From NCBI GenBank assembly GCA_965227295.1, contig OZ245742.1:5600001-5664000 (forward strand): a stretch of 64,000 nucleotides of DNA. The letters are read 5' to 3'. Of the stretch, positions 52,147 through 62,270 are shown one piece after another. A program made the translations under genes and the position numbers. The stretch is from Leptonemataceae bacterium. GTDB taxonomy: Bacteria; Spirochaetota; Leptospiria; Leptospirales; Leptonemataceae. Position 1 is the first letter of the stretch, and each line of letters begins with the position of its first letter. The notes beneath the pieces were generated by a model. The model searched no databases and was not told the origin of the DNA. It saw only the letters and a list, made by a program, of their open reading frames with translations.

Positions 52147-52824
52147 ATGCTTGCATCACACCGGCACAAGAATCTGCTCATTCTACACGGAATGTTCGGC
52201 CTTTACGCGCCGATCGTACTGGTTCTCTTCCCGGCCCCCGGTCACGGCGACATCATTTTGTTCGGGACCTGGACCGTCTTGCATGGGTTCCTTCTGGCGA
52301 CGCTCTACTGGCCGTTTCGCCGACGCTTCCCGGGAATTTGCGCCGTGCTTGCGGCCGTGTGTGCGATGGTCTTCGTGCCCGCAACCCTGCCGATCGTGAA
52401 CGCCATCTTTTCAATCAATGCGGCGATCCTGGCCGCTTATATCTTCACTGCCATCTATCTCTTTCGCGCGGACGTCGGACTCCTGCGGGGCGCGTTGGTT
52501 GTGTTCGTCGGAGTGATGGTAGTCGGTCCGACCCTTGCGGTAAGCTATACTCGCTGGCAAAACCGTTTGCGGTACCATCTTACCGAAACCTGCGCCCGCG
52601 AGCAGTTAGCGGAACTGCGGGGCCTCTATCCCCGGGGGACTCGCATGTCATTGATTCAGAAACAGGAAACGAACACGCGAATCTTTCGCGACGGAGGTCC
52701 GGAGATGCTCATCATCCCTCGCGCTGGAGCCTGCCCGAAAAGCGGGCGGCCCTACTGCGGTTTTCATGCAACGCTCTGGCGCAAGCGACTGGTAAGGATT
52801 GAGGATGGGGCTCCCTGCCACTGA
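52147..52824 (+). CDS. Hypothetical membrane protein
   Basis: About 5 hydrophobic segments and a short Cys-containing tail. Confidence 0.6.
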   Translation: MLASHRHKNLLILHGMFGLYAPIVLVLFPAPGHGDIILFGTWTVLHGFLLATLYWPFRRRFPGICAVLAAVCAMVFVPATLPIVNAIFSINAAILAAYIFTAIYLFRADVGLLRGALVVFVGVMVVGPTLAVSYTRWQNRLRYHLTETCAREQLAELRGLYPRGTRMSLIQKQETNTRIFRDGGPEMLIIPRAGACPKSGRPYCGFHATLWRKRLVRIEDGAPCH

Positions 52825-52850
52825 AGGACAGACGGCGCGGGGCAAGTGAG

Positions 52851-52880
52851 AAAAACCGGCGGACCACACGGCCCGCCGGT
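52851..52880 (-). terminator. Intrinsic terminator of the RRM gene
   Basis: Minus strand reads ACCGGCGGGCCGTGTGGTCCGCCGGTTTTT, 9 bp after the stop. Confidence 0.75.
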
Positions 52881-52888
52881 CGTGCAAA

Positions 52889-53143
52889 TCAGTAACGATT
52901 CGCTTTCGGACGTGCTTCGTTGACCACGAGATTGCGGCCGTTGAAATCGGTGTCGGCCAGAGCGTCGATTGCCGCCAGGGCCTCATTTTTGTTCGGCATT
53001 TCCACGAAGCCGAAACCACGGGAACGGCCGGTTTCACGGTCGCTGATGATTTTCGCGGACTTCACTTCACCGTGAGCGCGAAAGAGCTCTTCGAGTGCAC
53101 CTTCGTCGGTGGTGAAGGGCAGGTTACCTACATACAGATTCAT
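52889..53143 (-). CDS. RNA recognition motif (RRM) RNA-binding protein
   Basis: RNP2 LYVGNL, RNP1 RGFGFVEM, VNEARP. Confidence 0.96.
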   Translation of the reverse strand: MNLYVGNLPFTTDEGALEELFRAHGEVKSAKIISDRETGRSRGFGFVEMPNKNEALAAIDALADTDFNGRNLVVNEARPKANRY

Positions 53144-53379
53144 TCTAATCTTCCAAATACAGTGATTCGCAATGTCTTCTACGAACGATGTTGGAACGGG
53201 GGACAGGAACGGGGAAAAAGGAAGGCTGGGTCAAACTCAGACGTCCGGGGTTCTGCTACCGGGATGATACCGCCATCGGCGCGGAAGTCAAAAAGATGCG
53301 TGAGGACAGAGGACCCCGGGAGCCGTGGAATGGCAAGCGAAAATATTCAGTGGAATGAAGCCGGCTCATCGCCTTCGTG

Positions 53380-54384
53380 CTATACAAGTTCTCGTCCGCG
53401 TAACCATGTTTCCGTCCGCCGAAAGCCCTCGTCCAGGCTCACGGCCGGCTTGTAGCCCAGCAATCGCCGCGCTTTTTCAATGGAATACGGATGCGGCCGC
53501 CGAATGAAATCCACGCCCGCCGGCAGCGCCAGGTGCTTCCGGCCTAACAGCGATTCAACGGCATTTACCGCGCGGATGGCGTTCTTGATCAAAAACGCCG
53601 GCACGCGGCGGGGCTTGCCGACACCGGCCAGGTCGGCCAGACGATCGTAAAACTCGCCCCAGGTCGTTTCGCAGCCGTCGGTGACATTGAAGGCCTCACC
53701 GAACGCGCGCTCCGGTTTGTCGAACATGGCCAGGAAGATCGCGTCGATGAGATTGTCGATGTAAACGTGATTGATGGTGCCGTTCCCGCCGTCCACCAGC
53801 GAAAACAGGCCGCTCCGCATGAGCTCCAGCGGACGCACGATCCAGGGCTCGGAGCCGGGGCCGTAGACGTCGCCGGGGCGAATGATGATCACGCCGAACT
53901 TCTCGGGTTCGTTCAATTTCAGCACGGCGGCTTCGCTTTCGATCTTCGTCGTACAGTACGGATTGTCTTCACCCCGGAACGGCCCGTCCTCGGTGATGTA
54001 CTTCGGAAAATCGAAGCCGTAGACCATCACACTGGAAAGATGCGTGAAGATCTTTGCGCCGGCGTTGCGGGCCGAGGTTGCCGCACGAACGGCACCTTCC
54101 ACGTTCACCCGGCGAAACAAATCGAAGTCGGTCCCCTCGCTGACGATCGCCGCCGTATGCAAAACGCAGTCGGCCCCGCGCATGGTATCGTTCAGCAGTG
54201 CATCGTTGAAAAGATCGCCGACGAGAACCTCGGCGCCGACGGCCTCCGCGCGCTTTGCGTTTTCGCGGTTCAGCTCCAGACCGCGCACGTGATAGCCGCG
54301 TTCCAGGGCCCGCTCCGTTGCGCGCAGGCCGATGAAGCCGCCCACCCCGGTTATCGCAAGAGTCTGTTTCTTTTTCCTGGCCAT
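53380..54384 (-). CDS. NAD-dependent epimerase/dehydratase (3-beta-HSD-like extended SDR)
   Basis: TGVGGFIG, HTAA, YCTTK, IRPGDVYGPG. Confidence 0.9.
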   Translation of the reverse strand: MARKKKQTLAITGVGGFIGLRATERALERGYHVRGLELNRENAKRAEAVGAEVLVGDLFNDALLNDTMRGADCVLHTAAIVSEGTDFDLFRRVNVEGAVRAATSARNAGAKIFTHLSSVMVYGFDFPKYITEDGPFRGEDNPYCTTKIESEAAVLKLNEPEKFGVIIIRPGDVYGPGSEPWIVRPLELMRSGLFSLVDGGNGTINHVYIDNLIDAIFLAMFDKPERAFGEAFNVTDGCETTWGEFYDRLADLAGVGKPRRVPAFLIKNAIRAVNAVESLLGRKHLALPAGVDFIRRPHPYSIEKARRLLGYKPAVSLDEGFRRTETWLRGRELV

Positions 54385-54410
54385 AGCTCAGTCACCACCG
54401 CGAGCGCAAA

Positions 54411-55583
54411 CTATACCGCAAGATAACGTTGCGTGAGCGCAACCCAGTAGGCGGCTCCGGTGCTCAAGATCTCGTCGTTGAAATCGAAGCGCGGATGGTG
54501 CAGTCCCGGCCGATCGCCGGCGCCGAGCTTCACGTAACAGCCCGGCCTGGCTTCGAGCATGAACGCAAAGTCCTCGCTGCCCATGCTCGGCGGATAATCG
54601 CGCACCAGGCGTTCTTCGCCGAAAGCCGCCGCCACCGTCTCCGCGGCGAACCGCGCTTCCTCCGCGCTGTTGATCGTCGGCGGATACACTCGACGGTAAA
54701 CGATCTCCGCGCTGGCCCCGGCCGCCGCGCAAGTTCCACTCACAATGCGCCGCAGCTCCGCCTCGGTCCGCTCGCGGACTGCCGGTTGCAGGGTACGCAC
54801 CGTGCCCTTAAGACTAACTTCACCTGGAATAACATTAAACGCCGTACCGCCGTGCACCTGGGTCACCGAAACCACCGCCGATTCCAGCGGATCGCCGCGG
54901 CTCACGATCGTTTGCAGCGCGTTGATCAACTGCGCGGCGACGACTACGGGGTCGACCGTTTGATGCGGCATGGCCGCGTGACCGCCGCGGCCGGTAATCG
55001 TAATTTCGAAGTTATCGTACGCGGCCATCACCGGCCCCGGCTGTACGGCGATCGTGCCGGCTTCGAGCCCCGGCCAGTTATGCAGGCCGAAGACCGCGTC
55101 CACGGGAAAACGATCGAACAATCCGTCTTCGACCATGGCGCGCCCGCCGGCCAGGCCTTCCTCCGCCGGCTGAAAAATGAAGCGCACGCTTCCGCTCCAG
55201 CCGTCTCGATGCTTTGCCAGATGATGGGCCGCGCCGAGCAGCATGGCCGTGTGTCCGTCGTGACCGCAGGCGTGCATCACGCCGTCGTGCTTCGAACGAT
55301 GCGCGAACGTGTTCTCTTCCTGCAACGGCAACGCGTCCAGGTCCGCGCGCAGTCCGATCGCCCGTTTGCCGTCGCCGTTGCGCAGAGTACCGACCACGCC
55401 CGTGCCGCCGATGCCGGTGACGATCTCCATGTCCGGCGACGCTTCGGCGAGACGCCGGGCTACGACGTCCGCCGTGCGTTGTTCTTCAAAGGCCAGCTCC
55501 GGGTACGCGTGGATGTCCCGACGCCAGGCTTGCATGGACTCGTTGAGATCGTTATCGATTACGGACTGAGGAACCATTTGCAT
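54411..55583 (-). CDS. M20 amidohydrolase (hippurate hydrolase-like)
   Basis: HAYPELAFEE, LRADLDALP, MHACGHDGH, FQPAEEG, GSEDF. Confidence 0.93.
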   Translation of the reverse strand: MQMVPQSVIDNDLNESMQAWRRDIHAYPELAFEEQRTADVVARRLAEASPDMEIVTGIGGTGVVGTLRNGDGKRAIGLRADLDALPLQEENTFAHRSKHDGVMHACGHDGHTAMLLGAAHHLAKHRDGWSGSVRFIFQPAEEGLAGGRAMVEDGLFDRFPVDAVFGLHNWPGLEAGTIAVQPGPVMAAYDNFEITITGRGGHAAMPHQTVDPVVVAAQLINALQTIVSRGDPLESAVVSVTQVHGGTAFNVIPGEVSLKGTVRTLQPAVRERTEAELRRIVSGTCAAAGASAEIVYRRVYPPTINSAEEARFAAETVAAAFGEERLVRDYPPSMGSEDFAFMLEARPGCYVKLGAGDRPGLHHPRFDFNDEILSTGAAYWVALTQRYLAV

Positions 55584-55676
55584 TAACTAAATATGAAGTA
55601 ATGTTTGCCTGGGCGCCTCGCCGCTGAAGTAGCGACGCGCCTTGCGCGTCGCCGCGCTTCCGCACGGGGCAGCCGG

Positions 55677-56513
55677 CTAAATTCGCTGATTCAACCAATC
55701 ATACATATCCGCGTACACCTTCTCGCGGTCCACCTCGTTGATGATCTCGTGGAACATGCCTTCGTACGGAACCCACTGCTTGTCCTCGGAACTCGCGCCC
55801 TCATAGAAGCGTCGCGATGCTGCCGGGTTGACGATCTTATCGTCCATGCCCTGCATCACCAAAAGCGGCAGTCGCACTTCGCCGGCACGCTCCAACGCTA
55901 TCTTCTGATTCTTCAACGTTTCGGAAAACCAGCGCGCGGTACCCGTCGTGAAAACCATGGGATCGTCGGCGTACTTACGGACCTGTTCCGCATCGTGGCT
56001 GATGTGCTCCGGCGGAATGTTCGTGGGAAAGGACAGCCCCGGCAAAATCGCCGAGAGAAACTTCACGATGCCCACCAGAATCGGCGAAACGGGCGAACCC
56101 ACTTCCAGGAACGGCCCGCTGAACACGGCCGCGCGAAAGTCGTAGTCCTTGCCTTCTTCCTGAAGAAAGCGCGCGGCGATAAGGCCGCCGTTGGAATGCG
56201 AGCCCAGAATCACCGGCACGTCCGGGAAATTCTTACGCGCCCAGTTGACAAGCACCCGTGCGTCGTCGAGGAAACGGGCGAAGGATTTCGTATGCCCGCG
56301 TTTGCCCTGGGACTCCCCGTGTCCCCGAAGATCGATGGCCGCGACGGCGATGCCTTTCGCCGCCATCCATTCGCCGAAGTGTTTGTAGCGCGCCCGGTGT
56401 TCGGCGAAGCCGTGAAGCCAGGGCATGACCGCCCGGACCTTTGAGTCCGACCACGCCGTGCCTTCGAGCCCCGTCCCGTCGGCTGAGATTAAGTGAAAAT
56501 GCTCTTCCTGCAT
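55677..56513 (-). CDS. Lysophospholipase / monoacylglycerol lipase-like alpha/beta hydrolase
   Basis: HGFAEH, DLRGHGES, SHSNGG, QGMDDKIV, FHEIINE. Confidence 0.9.
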   Translation of the reverse strand: MQEEHFHLISADGTGLEGTAWSDSKVRAVMPWLHGFAEHRARYKHFGEWMAAKGIAVAAIDLRGHGESQGKRGHTKSFARFLDDARVLVNWARKNFPDVPVILGSHSNGGLIAARFLQEEGKDYDFRAAVFSGPFLEVGSPVSPILVGIVKFLSAILPGLSFPTNIPPEHISHDAEQVRKYADDPMVFTTGTARWFSETLKNQKIALERAGEVRLPLLVMQGMDDKIVNPAASRRFYEGASSEDKQWVPYEGMFHEIINEVDREKVYADMYDWLNQRI

Positions 56514-56609
56514 CCTTCTCGATGAACGGCCGACCGATGCCGGGCAACTAAAAAAAATCCTCTGATTCCTGCTGGCGCCGCAACGCCGCCTGCATGATCC
56601 TGTCGTTCC

Positions 56610-57785
56610 ATGAAAGTCGCCGTAGTCCACGACTGGCTCACCGGTATGCGCGGAGGCGAAGCGGTACTGGAGGCCGTGCTCGAACTCTTCCCGGACGCCG
56701 ATCTCTACACCCTCCTTCACAATCGCGGCAGCGTCAGCGCCAGGATCGAAGACCGGCGTGTCATTACATCGTTCGTGGATCGCCTGCCGTTCAAGGCGAC
56801 GAAGTACCGCTGGTATTTGCCGCTCTTTCCCACGGCCATCGAACTCTTCGATTTCCACGGCTACGACCTCATCGTATCAAGCTCCCACTGCGTCGCCCGC
56901 GGCGTGTTGCCTCCCCCCGGGGTCCCGCATCTCTGTTACTTTCACAGTCCCATGCGCTACGTCTGGGATATGTACCACGACTACTTTCCCGCGAAGGGCC
57001 TGGCCAATCGTTTCGTAATTCCTTTCTTCGCCAACTACCTGCGCATGTGGGATTCGGCGGCGCGGGATCGCGTGGACACCCACGTCTGCAACAGCGCCTT
57101 TGTCGCCGAACGCATCCGGCGCTACTACGGCCGCGAAGCGGTGGTGATCCCGCCGCCCTGTCTCAACGAAACGGAAGCGAAGTCCATCACACTACCGCCT
57201 CCGAACACACGCGAGGATTTCTATCTCGTGGTGAGCGCCTTCGTTCCGTACAAACGCATCGACCTGGCCGTTGCGGCCTGCCTGAATGAAGGACGCCGCC
57301 TCGTCGTGGTCGGCAAAGGGCCCGAGGAAAAACGCCTGCGTCGCCTGGCCGGTGAGAGTGATCTCATCGACTTTCGCGGCGGTGTCACCCGTTCCGAAAT
57401 CGAAGACCTGTATGCGCGCGCGAACGCCCTGCTCTTTCCCGGCGAGGAAGACTTCGGCATCGTTCCCGTAGAGGCTCAGGCCCGCGGCTGTCCGGTAATC
57501 GCTTACGAATCGGGCGGGGCGCTGGAAACGGTGATCGCCGGGAAGACCGGCGTTTTCTTCGACGAACAAAGCGCGGAGGCTCTCGGCACGGCGATGCGCC
57601 GGCATGAGGATCAACGCTCGAAGTACCGGCCCGCGGATTTTCGGCGCAACGCGGCCGCTTTTACAAAAGAAAGCTTTCAACGAAAGATGCGCGCGGAAAT
57701 CGACGCCCTGCTGAAAGAGTACGCGGCTCGCAAGGGCCGTCGATCGGCCCCACGCGGTGTCAAAGGTAGCGGAAAGGCCCGGTAA
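56610..57785 (+). CDS. Glycosyltransferase family 4
   Basis: VHDWLTGMRGGE, YFHSPMRYVWD, EEDFGIVPVEAQA. Confidence 0.93.
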   Translation: MKVAVVHDWLTGMRGGEAVLEAVLELFPDADLYTLLHNRGSVSARIEDRRVITSFVDRLPFKATKYRWYLPLFPTAIELFDFHGYDLIVSSSHCVARGVLPPPGVPHLCYFHSPMRYVWDMYHDYFPAKGLANRFVIPFFANYLRMWDSAARDRVDTHVCNSAFVAERIRRYYGREAVVIPPPCLNETEAKSITLPPPNTREDFYLVVSAFVPYKRIDLAVAACLNEGRRLVVVGKGPEEKRLRRLAGESDLIDFRGGVTRSEIEDLYARANALLFPGEEDFGIVPVEAQARGCPVIAYESGGALETVIAGKTGVFFDEQSAEALGTAMRRHEDQRSKYRPADFRRNAAAFTKESFQRKMRAEIDALLKEYAARKGRRSAPRGVKGSGKAR

Positions 57786-57832
57786 AAACTATTGATTCGC
57801 AAGGCGCACACCGACACAGTATCCGCATTCCG

Positions 57833-58876
57833 ATGAAAATCATCTATCTCACCGACATTCACGACGCATTGAAGGAACTCAAGGTCCTCCTCAAGACCAC
57901 CGAGGCGGACCTCTACCTTCTGTCGGGAGATATTCTCTACAAAGCCTTTTACGACGACGATAAAGTCTATGAATTCGTCTGCCTCCAGGAGGACTTCTGG
58001 AACCTGGCGGAGAAAATCGGCAAAAAGAAGATCGCCCCCTTCGACCTCGCGGCGGATATCCTCCGTTTTCCCGATCGCTACAACGGCAACGCGGAACTTC
58101 AGGAGAAGGCCACCGAGTACCGACAGCTTTTCGAGAAAGCCGCCAAGAACATGAAGGAAAAATACGCCACGATCGAGGATCTCATTGAAAAGTTTTCCAA
58201 CGCCGAGAGTGTGATGCTGCCGGGAAACTACGACATCGATCTACGCTACACCGCCCTGCGGGATCGCGACATGCATCAGAAAAGCCGCAACATGCGCGGC
58301 CTGAAGTTCTCCGGTTACGGCGGCGCCCCCATCGCCACGTCGGGCATTCCGGAAAAGCTGTCCGTGGTCTATCACGAGTCCACGAAGGACGGCCGGCTTT
58401 ATTCGGAGCCCGAGGATTTCTTCGAGGAGCAGCAACCGGACGTCCTCTTACTGCACAATCCCTGCTACGGTTTCTTTGATCGTGTCCCGAGCGTCGGCCA
58501 CGTCGGTTCCCAGGGCATCCGTTCCTTTCTGGACCGCCACGACCCGAAGCTCGTACTGTCCGGCCACGTACACGAGGACTACGGCGTGGCGTTGCGCCAG
58601 GGCACGGTCTACTGCAATCCGTCGAACTTCGGCGGGGTGGACTCCCCCTACGGCTGGCAGGCCGGTGGAGCCTACGCCGAGATCTACTTCGAGAATTCCG
58701 CGGTGAACCAGGTGAACATTATGCGACTGGTGGAAGATCAGCACGTCAAACTCATGGAAGTTCGTCGCGACAGCGAAAACAAACTTGTGGGACATAAACT
58801 CTCCGAAAACCAGGGGCACGCTCACATCGATCTGAACGCCATTGTCCGCGACGCCGCCGGCACCGTCGTATCATGA
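57833..58876 (+). CDS. Calcineurin-like metallophosphoesterase
   Basis: TDIH, SGD, PGNYD, LLHNP, SGHVHE. Confidence 0.9.
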   Translation: MKIIYLTDIHDALKELKVLLKTTEADLYLLSGDILYKAFYDDDKVYEFVCLQEDFWNLAEKIGKKKIAPFDLAADILRFPDRYNGNAELQEKATEYRQLFEKAAKNMKEKYATIEDLIEKFSNAESVMLPGNYDIDLRYTALRDRDMHQKSRNMRGLKFSGYGGAPIATSGIPEKLSVVYHESTKDGRLYSEPEDFFEEQQPDVLLLHNPCYGFFDRVPSVGHVGSQGIRSFLDRHDPKLVLSGHVHEDYGVALRQGTVYCNPSNFGGVDSPYGWQAGGAYAEIYFENSAVNQVNIMRLVEDQHVKLMEVRRDSENKLVGHKLSENQGHAHIDLNAIVRDAAGTVVS

Positions 58877-59556
58877 GACCGCCTTTCGCCGACCACCCGC
58901 TCATTCGCGAATTCAACGAGCTGAAGCGCTGGTTCCGCAAACATGAGACCAGCGTATCCCGGTCACGCCTGAAAGAGTTCCGTTCGTACGTGCGCAAGAT
59001 CCAGGCCGCGGGTACCGACGTCGCCTTCGACTTCGTGGGTTCTCTGAACTTCGGCCAATCCCTGGATACCTCCGACGCCGACGTCGTCATCTACGTACGC
59101 TGTCCCGAAAAATGCACGAAACGCTGTCCGGACGGCTGTGATACGCGCGCGAACGTGAAAGCGGAGATGCTATCCATACTGAAGTACGACGTCCAGGTCA
59201 TTGACAGCATTAATCTTACGTCGTTGGACCGGGCCCTGGAACGCGGCAAACCGGCGAATCTCCTGCTGCGCTTCGCCTTCTATCGCTCCATTTGCCGGCT
59301 GGTGAACGCTCAATTGATGCGACCATATCACAGCCGCCTGCTGGCCAATCGCGAACTGCTTTCGACCATGCAGCCGCAGCTCGCCGAACTCTTTGACGGT
59401 CTGTGCGCCACGTCCGGCCACCAATTGTCCTTTCGCAAGTACCAGGAACGGTTGGGCGAAACCGGCATCCGTCTCCCCGGCGTCCTGCGCGCTATTTTGC
59501 GCCGGCACCAGGAAGAAGGGAACCTGTATCCGCTGGAAGGAGCATCCTCAGATTAG
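58873..59556 (+). CDS. Pol-beta-superfamily nucleotidyltransferase-like protein
   Basis: VGSLNFGQSLDTSDADVV fits hGS-x(n)-DxD; later QVIDS; ATGA overlap with upstream gene. Confidence 0.65.
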   Translation: MRPPFADHPLIREFNELKRWFRKHETSVSRSRLKEFRSYVRKIQAAGTDVAFDFVGSLNFGQSLDTSDADVVIYVRCPEKCTKRCPDGCDTRANVKAEMLSILKYDVQVIDSINLTSLDRALERGKPANLLLRFAFYRSICRLVNAQLMRPYHSRLLANRELLSTMQPQLAELFDGLCATSGHQLSFRKYQERLGETGIRLPGVLRAILRRHQEEGNLYPLEGASSD

Positions 59557-59586
59557 AGGATCCCCTCGTCGACGGACGGCTGTTTC

Positions 59587-60045
59587 TTAGCCGCTGCGGC
59601 GACGACGAGTTTCCGGCGGGGCCACTCTCGTGAGGATCGGCTCCGACTTGCTTTCGTACCCCAGTTCTACGCTGCGACGGAGAATGCGAAAGTACCACCA
59701 GAGCAATTCCATGAGACTGTCCTTGCCCAGTTCCCGGTAGAGATCCTCCGCCGCGGACTTGAGGTCCGGATGGAGGAACATGTTGTGGATGGGACTTTCG
59801 TCCGAGTACTCGTCCGAGCGAATGAGATCGCAGGGATCCACCTCGTAATACTTTGCACAGGCGAACAGCGTGCGCAAAGGAATCTCGACCTTTCCCCGTT
59901 CCATTCGAGAGAGGTAACTGGCATCCAACTTAACGCCGTACCGCTCCCGAATGATCTTCGCGACGGACATGGATTCTCCGCGAGCTTCTCTTAACCTGCG
60001 AAGTCTTTCACCTACGCGACTTGTGTCTATTCCCGAATTCATCAT
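59587..60045 (-). CDS. Xre-family HTH regulator
   Basis: VGERLRRLREARGES...SYLSRMERGK.EIPLRTL. Confidence 0.85.
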   Translation of the reverse strand: MMNSGIDTSRVGERLRRLREARGESMSVAKIIRERYGVKLDASYLSRMERGKVEIPLRTLFACAKYYEVDPCDLIRSDEYSDESPIHNMFLHPDLKSAAEDLYRELGKDSLMELLWWYFRILRRSVELGYESKSEPILTRVAPPETRRRRSG

Positions 60046-60285
60046 GATTATACTCTGAACATTAATGCAGAATGGCCTCAACTATATTCCTGTGTAGTAG
60101 GCCTTTCTGAAGGGTCTCGCACTTAAAAAAGTTAAACATTGTAAAATTATTACACTGACTGTCATTAATTTTTGAATATGCTGAAACAAGCTTTGCATCC
60201 AGCCTATCAAACCGTACCATGAGACGAAATCCATTTCTTCTCGTTCAAACAAAAAATTCTAGCAACTTTAGAAATAACCTTAAGC

Positions 60286-60696
60286 TTATTGCCCCGCGGG
60301 TGCGGAGTCATCGCCGAGGTCGAGGGTACGATTTACGAAGCGAAAGTACATCCACAAAAGCTCAATGAGATGATCTTTGCCCAACCGCTCGTGTAGAGAT
60401 TGCAACACAGCCTTGACATCCGGCTGCAAAAATAGATACTGCGCCGGATCCGGGTCCGAAAAGTCCTCAAGATAAACGAGATCTCGAGGGTCCGCGTCGT
60501 AATAACGCGCGAGAGCGAATAACGTGCGCAGAGGAATCTCCGCTTTGCCGCGCTCCATGCGCGAAAGATAGCTTGGATCAAGCTTAACTCCGTAGCGTTC
60601 TCGTATTGTCTTCGCCACGGACATGCTTTCTCCGCGAGCTTCTCTTAAACGACGCAGGCGTTCTCCCACGCGCGCCGTATCGTCCGGACCGTTCAT
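60286..60696 (-). CDS. Xre-family HTH regulator (paralog)
   Basis: N-terminal HTH nearly identical to 59587-60045. Confidence 0.85.
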   Translation of the reverse strand: MNGPDDTARVGERLRRLREARGESMSVAKTIRERYGVKLDPSYLSRMERGKAEIPLRTLFALARYYDADPRDLVYLEDFSDPDPAQYLFLQPDVKAVLQSLHERLGKDHLIELLWMYFRFVNRTLDLGDDSAPAGQ

Positions 60697-60760
60697 GGCT
60701 GAAAGAATGAGCAGCCCCGGACTTCACTCAACTAAATTTTTGTTTAGTATATCATTTTCT

Positions 60761-60769
60761 TGTGGATAA
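60761..60769 (-). promoter_or_regulatory. Single perfect DnaA-box-like sequence
   Basis: TGTGGATAA = reverse complement of TTATCCACA, in AT-rich DNA upstream of the HTH gene. Confidence 0.3.
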
Positions 60770-60917
60770 CTGCTATTCTTGAATCTCCCGCGTAATAATA
60801 TTACCGACCCCAGGGAAGGCCCCTGAACAATTTGACATACTTACCGCCGCCGTCTCCGAACAGCCGACCCGCATCGCACAAATTGATGAGGTCCGATTAA
60901 AATGTGACAGACCCGTT

Positions 60918-62219
60918 TCAGGCATTCGCGTCCTCGCTCCGGCCTTCCGTCCGTCCGCGCATCCAGCGCATCAAGAGGACATCCAGACCCCAAACGCTCA
61001 AACCCAACACCGTCGCCGTCACCAGGGACTCCACCGGCAACCAGATGAACAGCCCGCCGATGAGACCGAGAAAGCAGCCGAGATATTGAATATATTGAAG
61101 CTGATCAGACGTCGAACGCCACAGCAGTTGCTCCAGGCGGACCTCGTCGAAGCGCTGGAGATTTTCGATGATCACATTCTGGACATTCACCTGGTTCACG
61201 AGAAAGACCACGGCGCCCAGTGCGTACTCCTCGATCACTCCGCTCTGTTCTTCAATGGCGCCCGGAATGCTGCGTAAGAATTCAGCGAGTTTCTCCTCGT
61301 GGCGGTCCATGCGGAACGTGAGGTTTTCTATGATCTCTTCCAGGCGGCCGGAAATCTCCTGTTCGCCGGCCACGGCCTTGTAGAGGCGCAGCAGCCCGCC
61401 CTCGACAAAGCCGACGTTCTCGAAGTCCAGGCCGCGGACGAAATCTCGCGCTCGCTGCTGAAACTCCGGCGATTTCAGGAACTGATTCACGTAGTGCTGC
61501 CCCAGCTCCACGATATCGGCGCGGAATTCGTCGCTGACCACCAGGGCGCGCAGGGAACTCGTCACCTTCTCCCGGTGTTTGGCGATCAGCCCGCTGCGGC
61601 GGATTTGATCGAGGATGAGTTCCGAGTTGATGATCTCCTTCGAGATCTGCACGCCCAGGCGGTAGACAATGCGGTCCTTCCGCGAGGGGATGAGCCCCTG
61701 GCCAAGCAACGGTCGCTTTTCGCGCGGGTAAAAGAGCATCTTAATTGCGAGCCAGTTCGTGAAAAAACCCACCAGGCCGGTGACGGTGATCATGCGCAGC
61801 ATGCCTTCCAGATTCACGGCCTCCGAACGCCACGGAAGCACCAGGCTGCCGTCGAAATCCCAGAACAACGAACCGGCAAAACCCGCGGCGCATACATACG
61901 GCAGGAGCCGCAGCAAGAGCAGTACGAACGAAAAGCGATCCTCGCCGGGAGGCGGCGGCAGGGGCTCCGGTTCCGGCGGCGGAGCCAGGCGGGTGCCCCA
62001 TTTCTGCACGAACTGGATCAGGCGTTCGCCGGTGAGCGGGGCCCCCCCGGGATATCCGCCCGGAGGATACTTCGGTCCGGCCTCCTGATCGGCCGCGGAA
62101 TCACCGGCAGTCCCGCTCTCGTTCGCCGGGTTTTCCTTCGCCGCAGGATCGTGCTCCGGCGCCGACGCATCGGTCGACTCCGGATCGGGCTGGGGCTGCT
62201 GCTCGGACTGATTCATCAT
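60918..62219 (-). CDS. DUF445 family membrane protein
   Basis: GLVGFFTNWLAIKMLFYP, QGLIPSRK, LQYIQYLGCFLGLIGG. Confidence 0.88.
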   Translation of the reverse strand: MMNQSEQQPQPDPESTDASAPEHDPAAKENPANESGTAGDSAADQEAGPKYPPGGYPGGAPLTGERLIQFVQKWGTRLAPPPEPEPLPPPPGEDRFSFVLLLLRLLPYVCAAGFAGSLFWDFDGSLVLPWRSEAVNLEGMLRMITVTGLVGFFTNWLAIKMLFYPREKRPLLGQGLIPSRKDRIVYRLGVQISKEIINSELILDQIRRSGLIAKHREKVTSSLRALVVSDEFRADIVELGQHYVNQFLKSPEFQQRARDFVRGLDFENVGFVEGGLLRLYKAVAGEQEISGRLEEIIENLTFRMDRHEEKLAEFLRSIPGAIEEQSGVIEEYALGAVVFLVNQVNVQNVIIENLQRFDEVRLEQLLWRSTSDQLQYIQYLGCFLGLIGGLFIWLPVESLVTATVLGLSVWGLDVLLMRWMRGRTEGRSEDANA

Positions 62220-62270
62220 GGTTTCATGTAATGTATCGTGATCTTCATATCGCAAAGATCACACTTAGTC

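Noticed and set aside
60040..60900. Replication origin
   Set aside because: AT-rich, but only one perfect DnaA box and no dnaA/dnaN context
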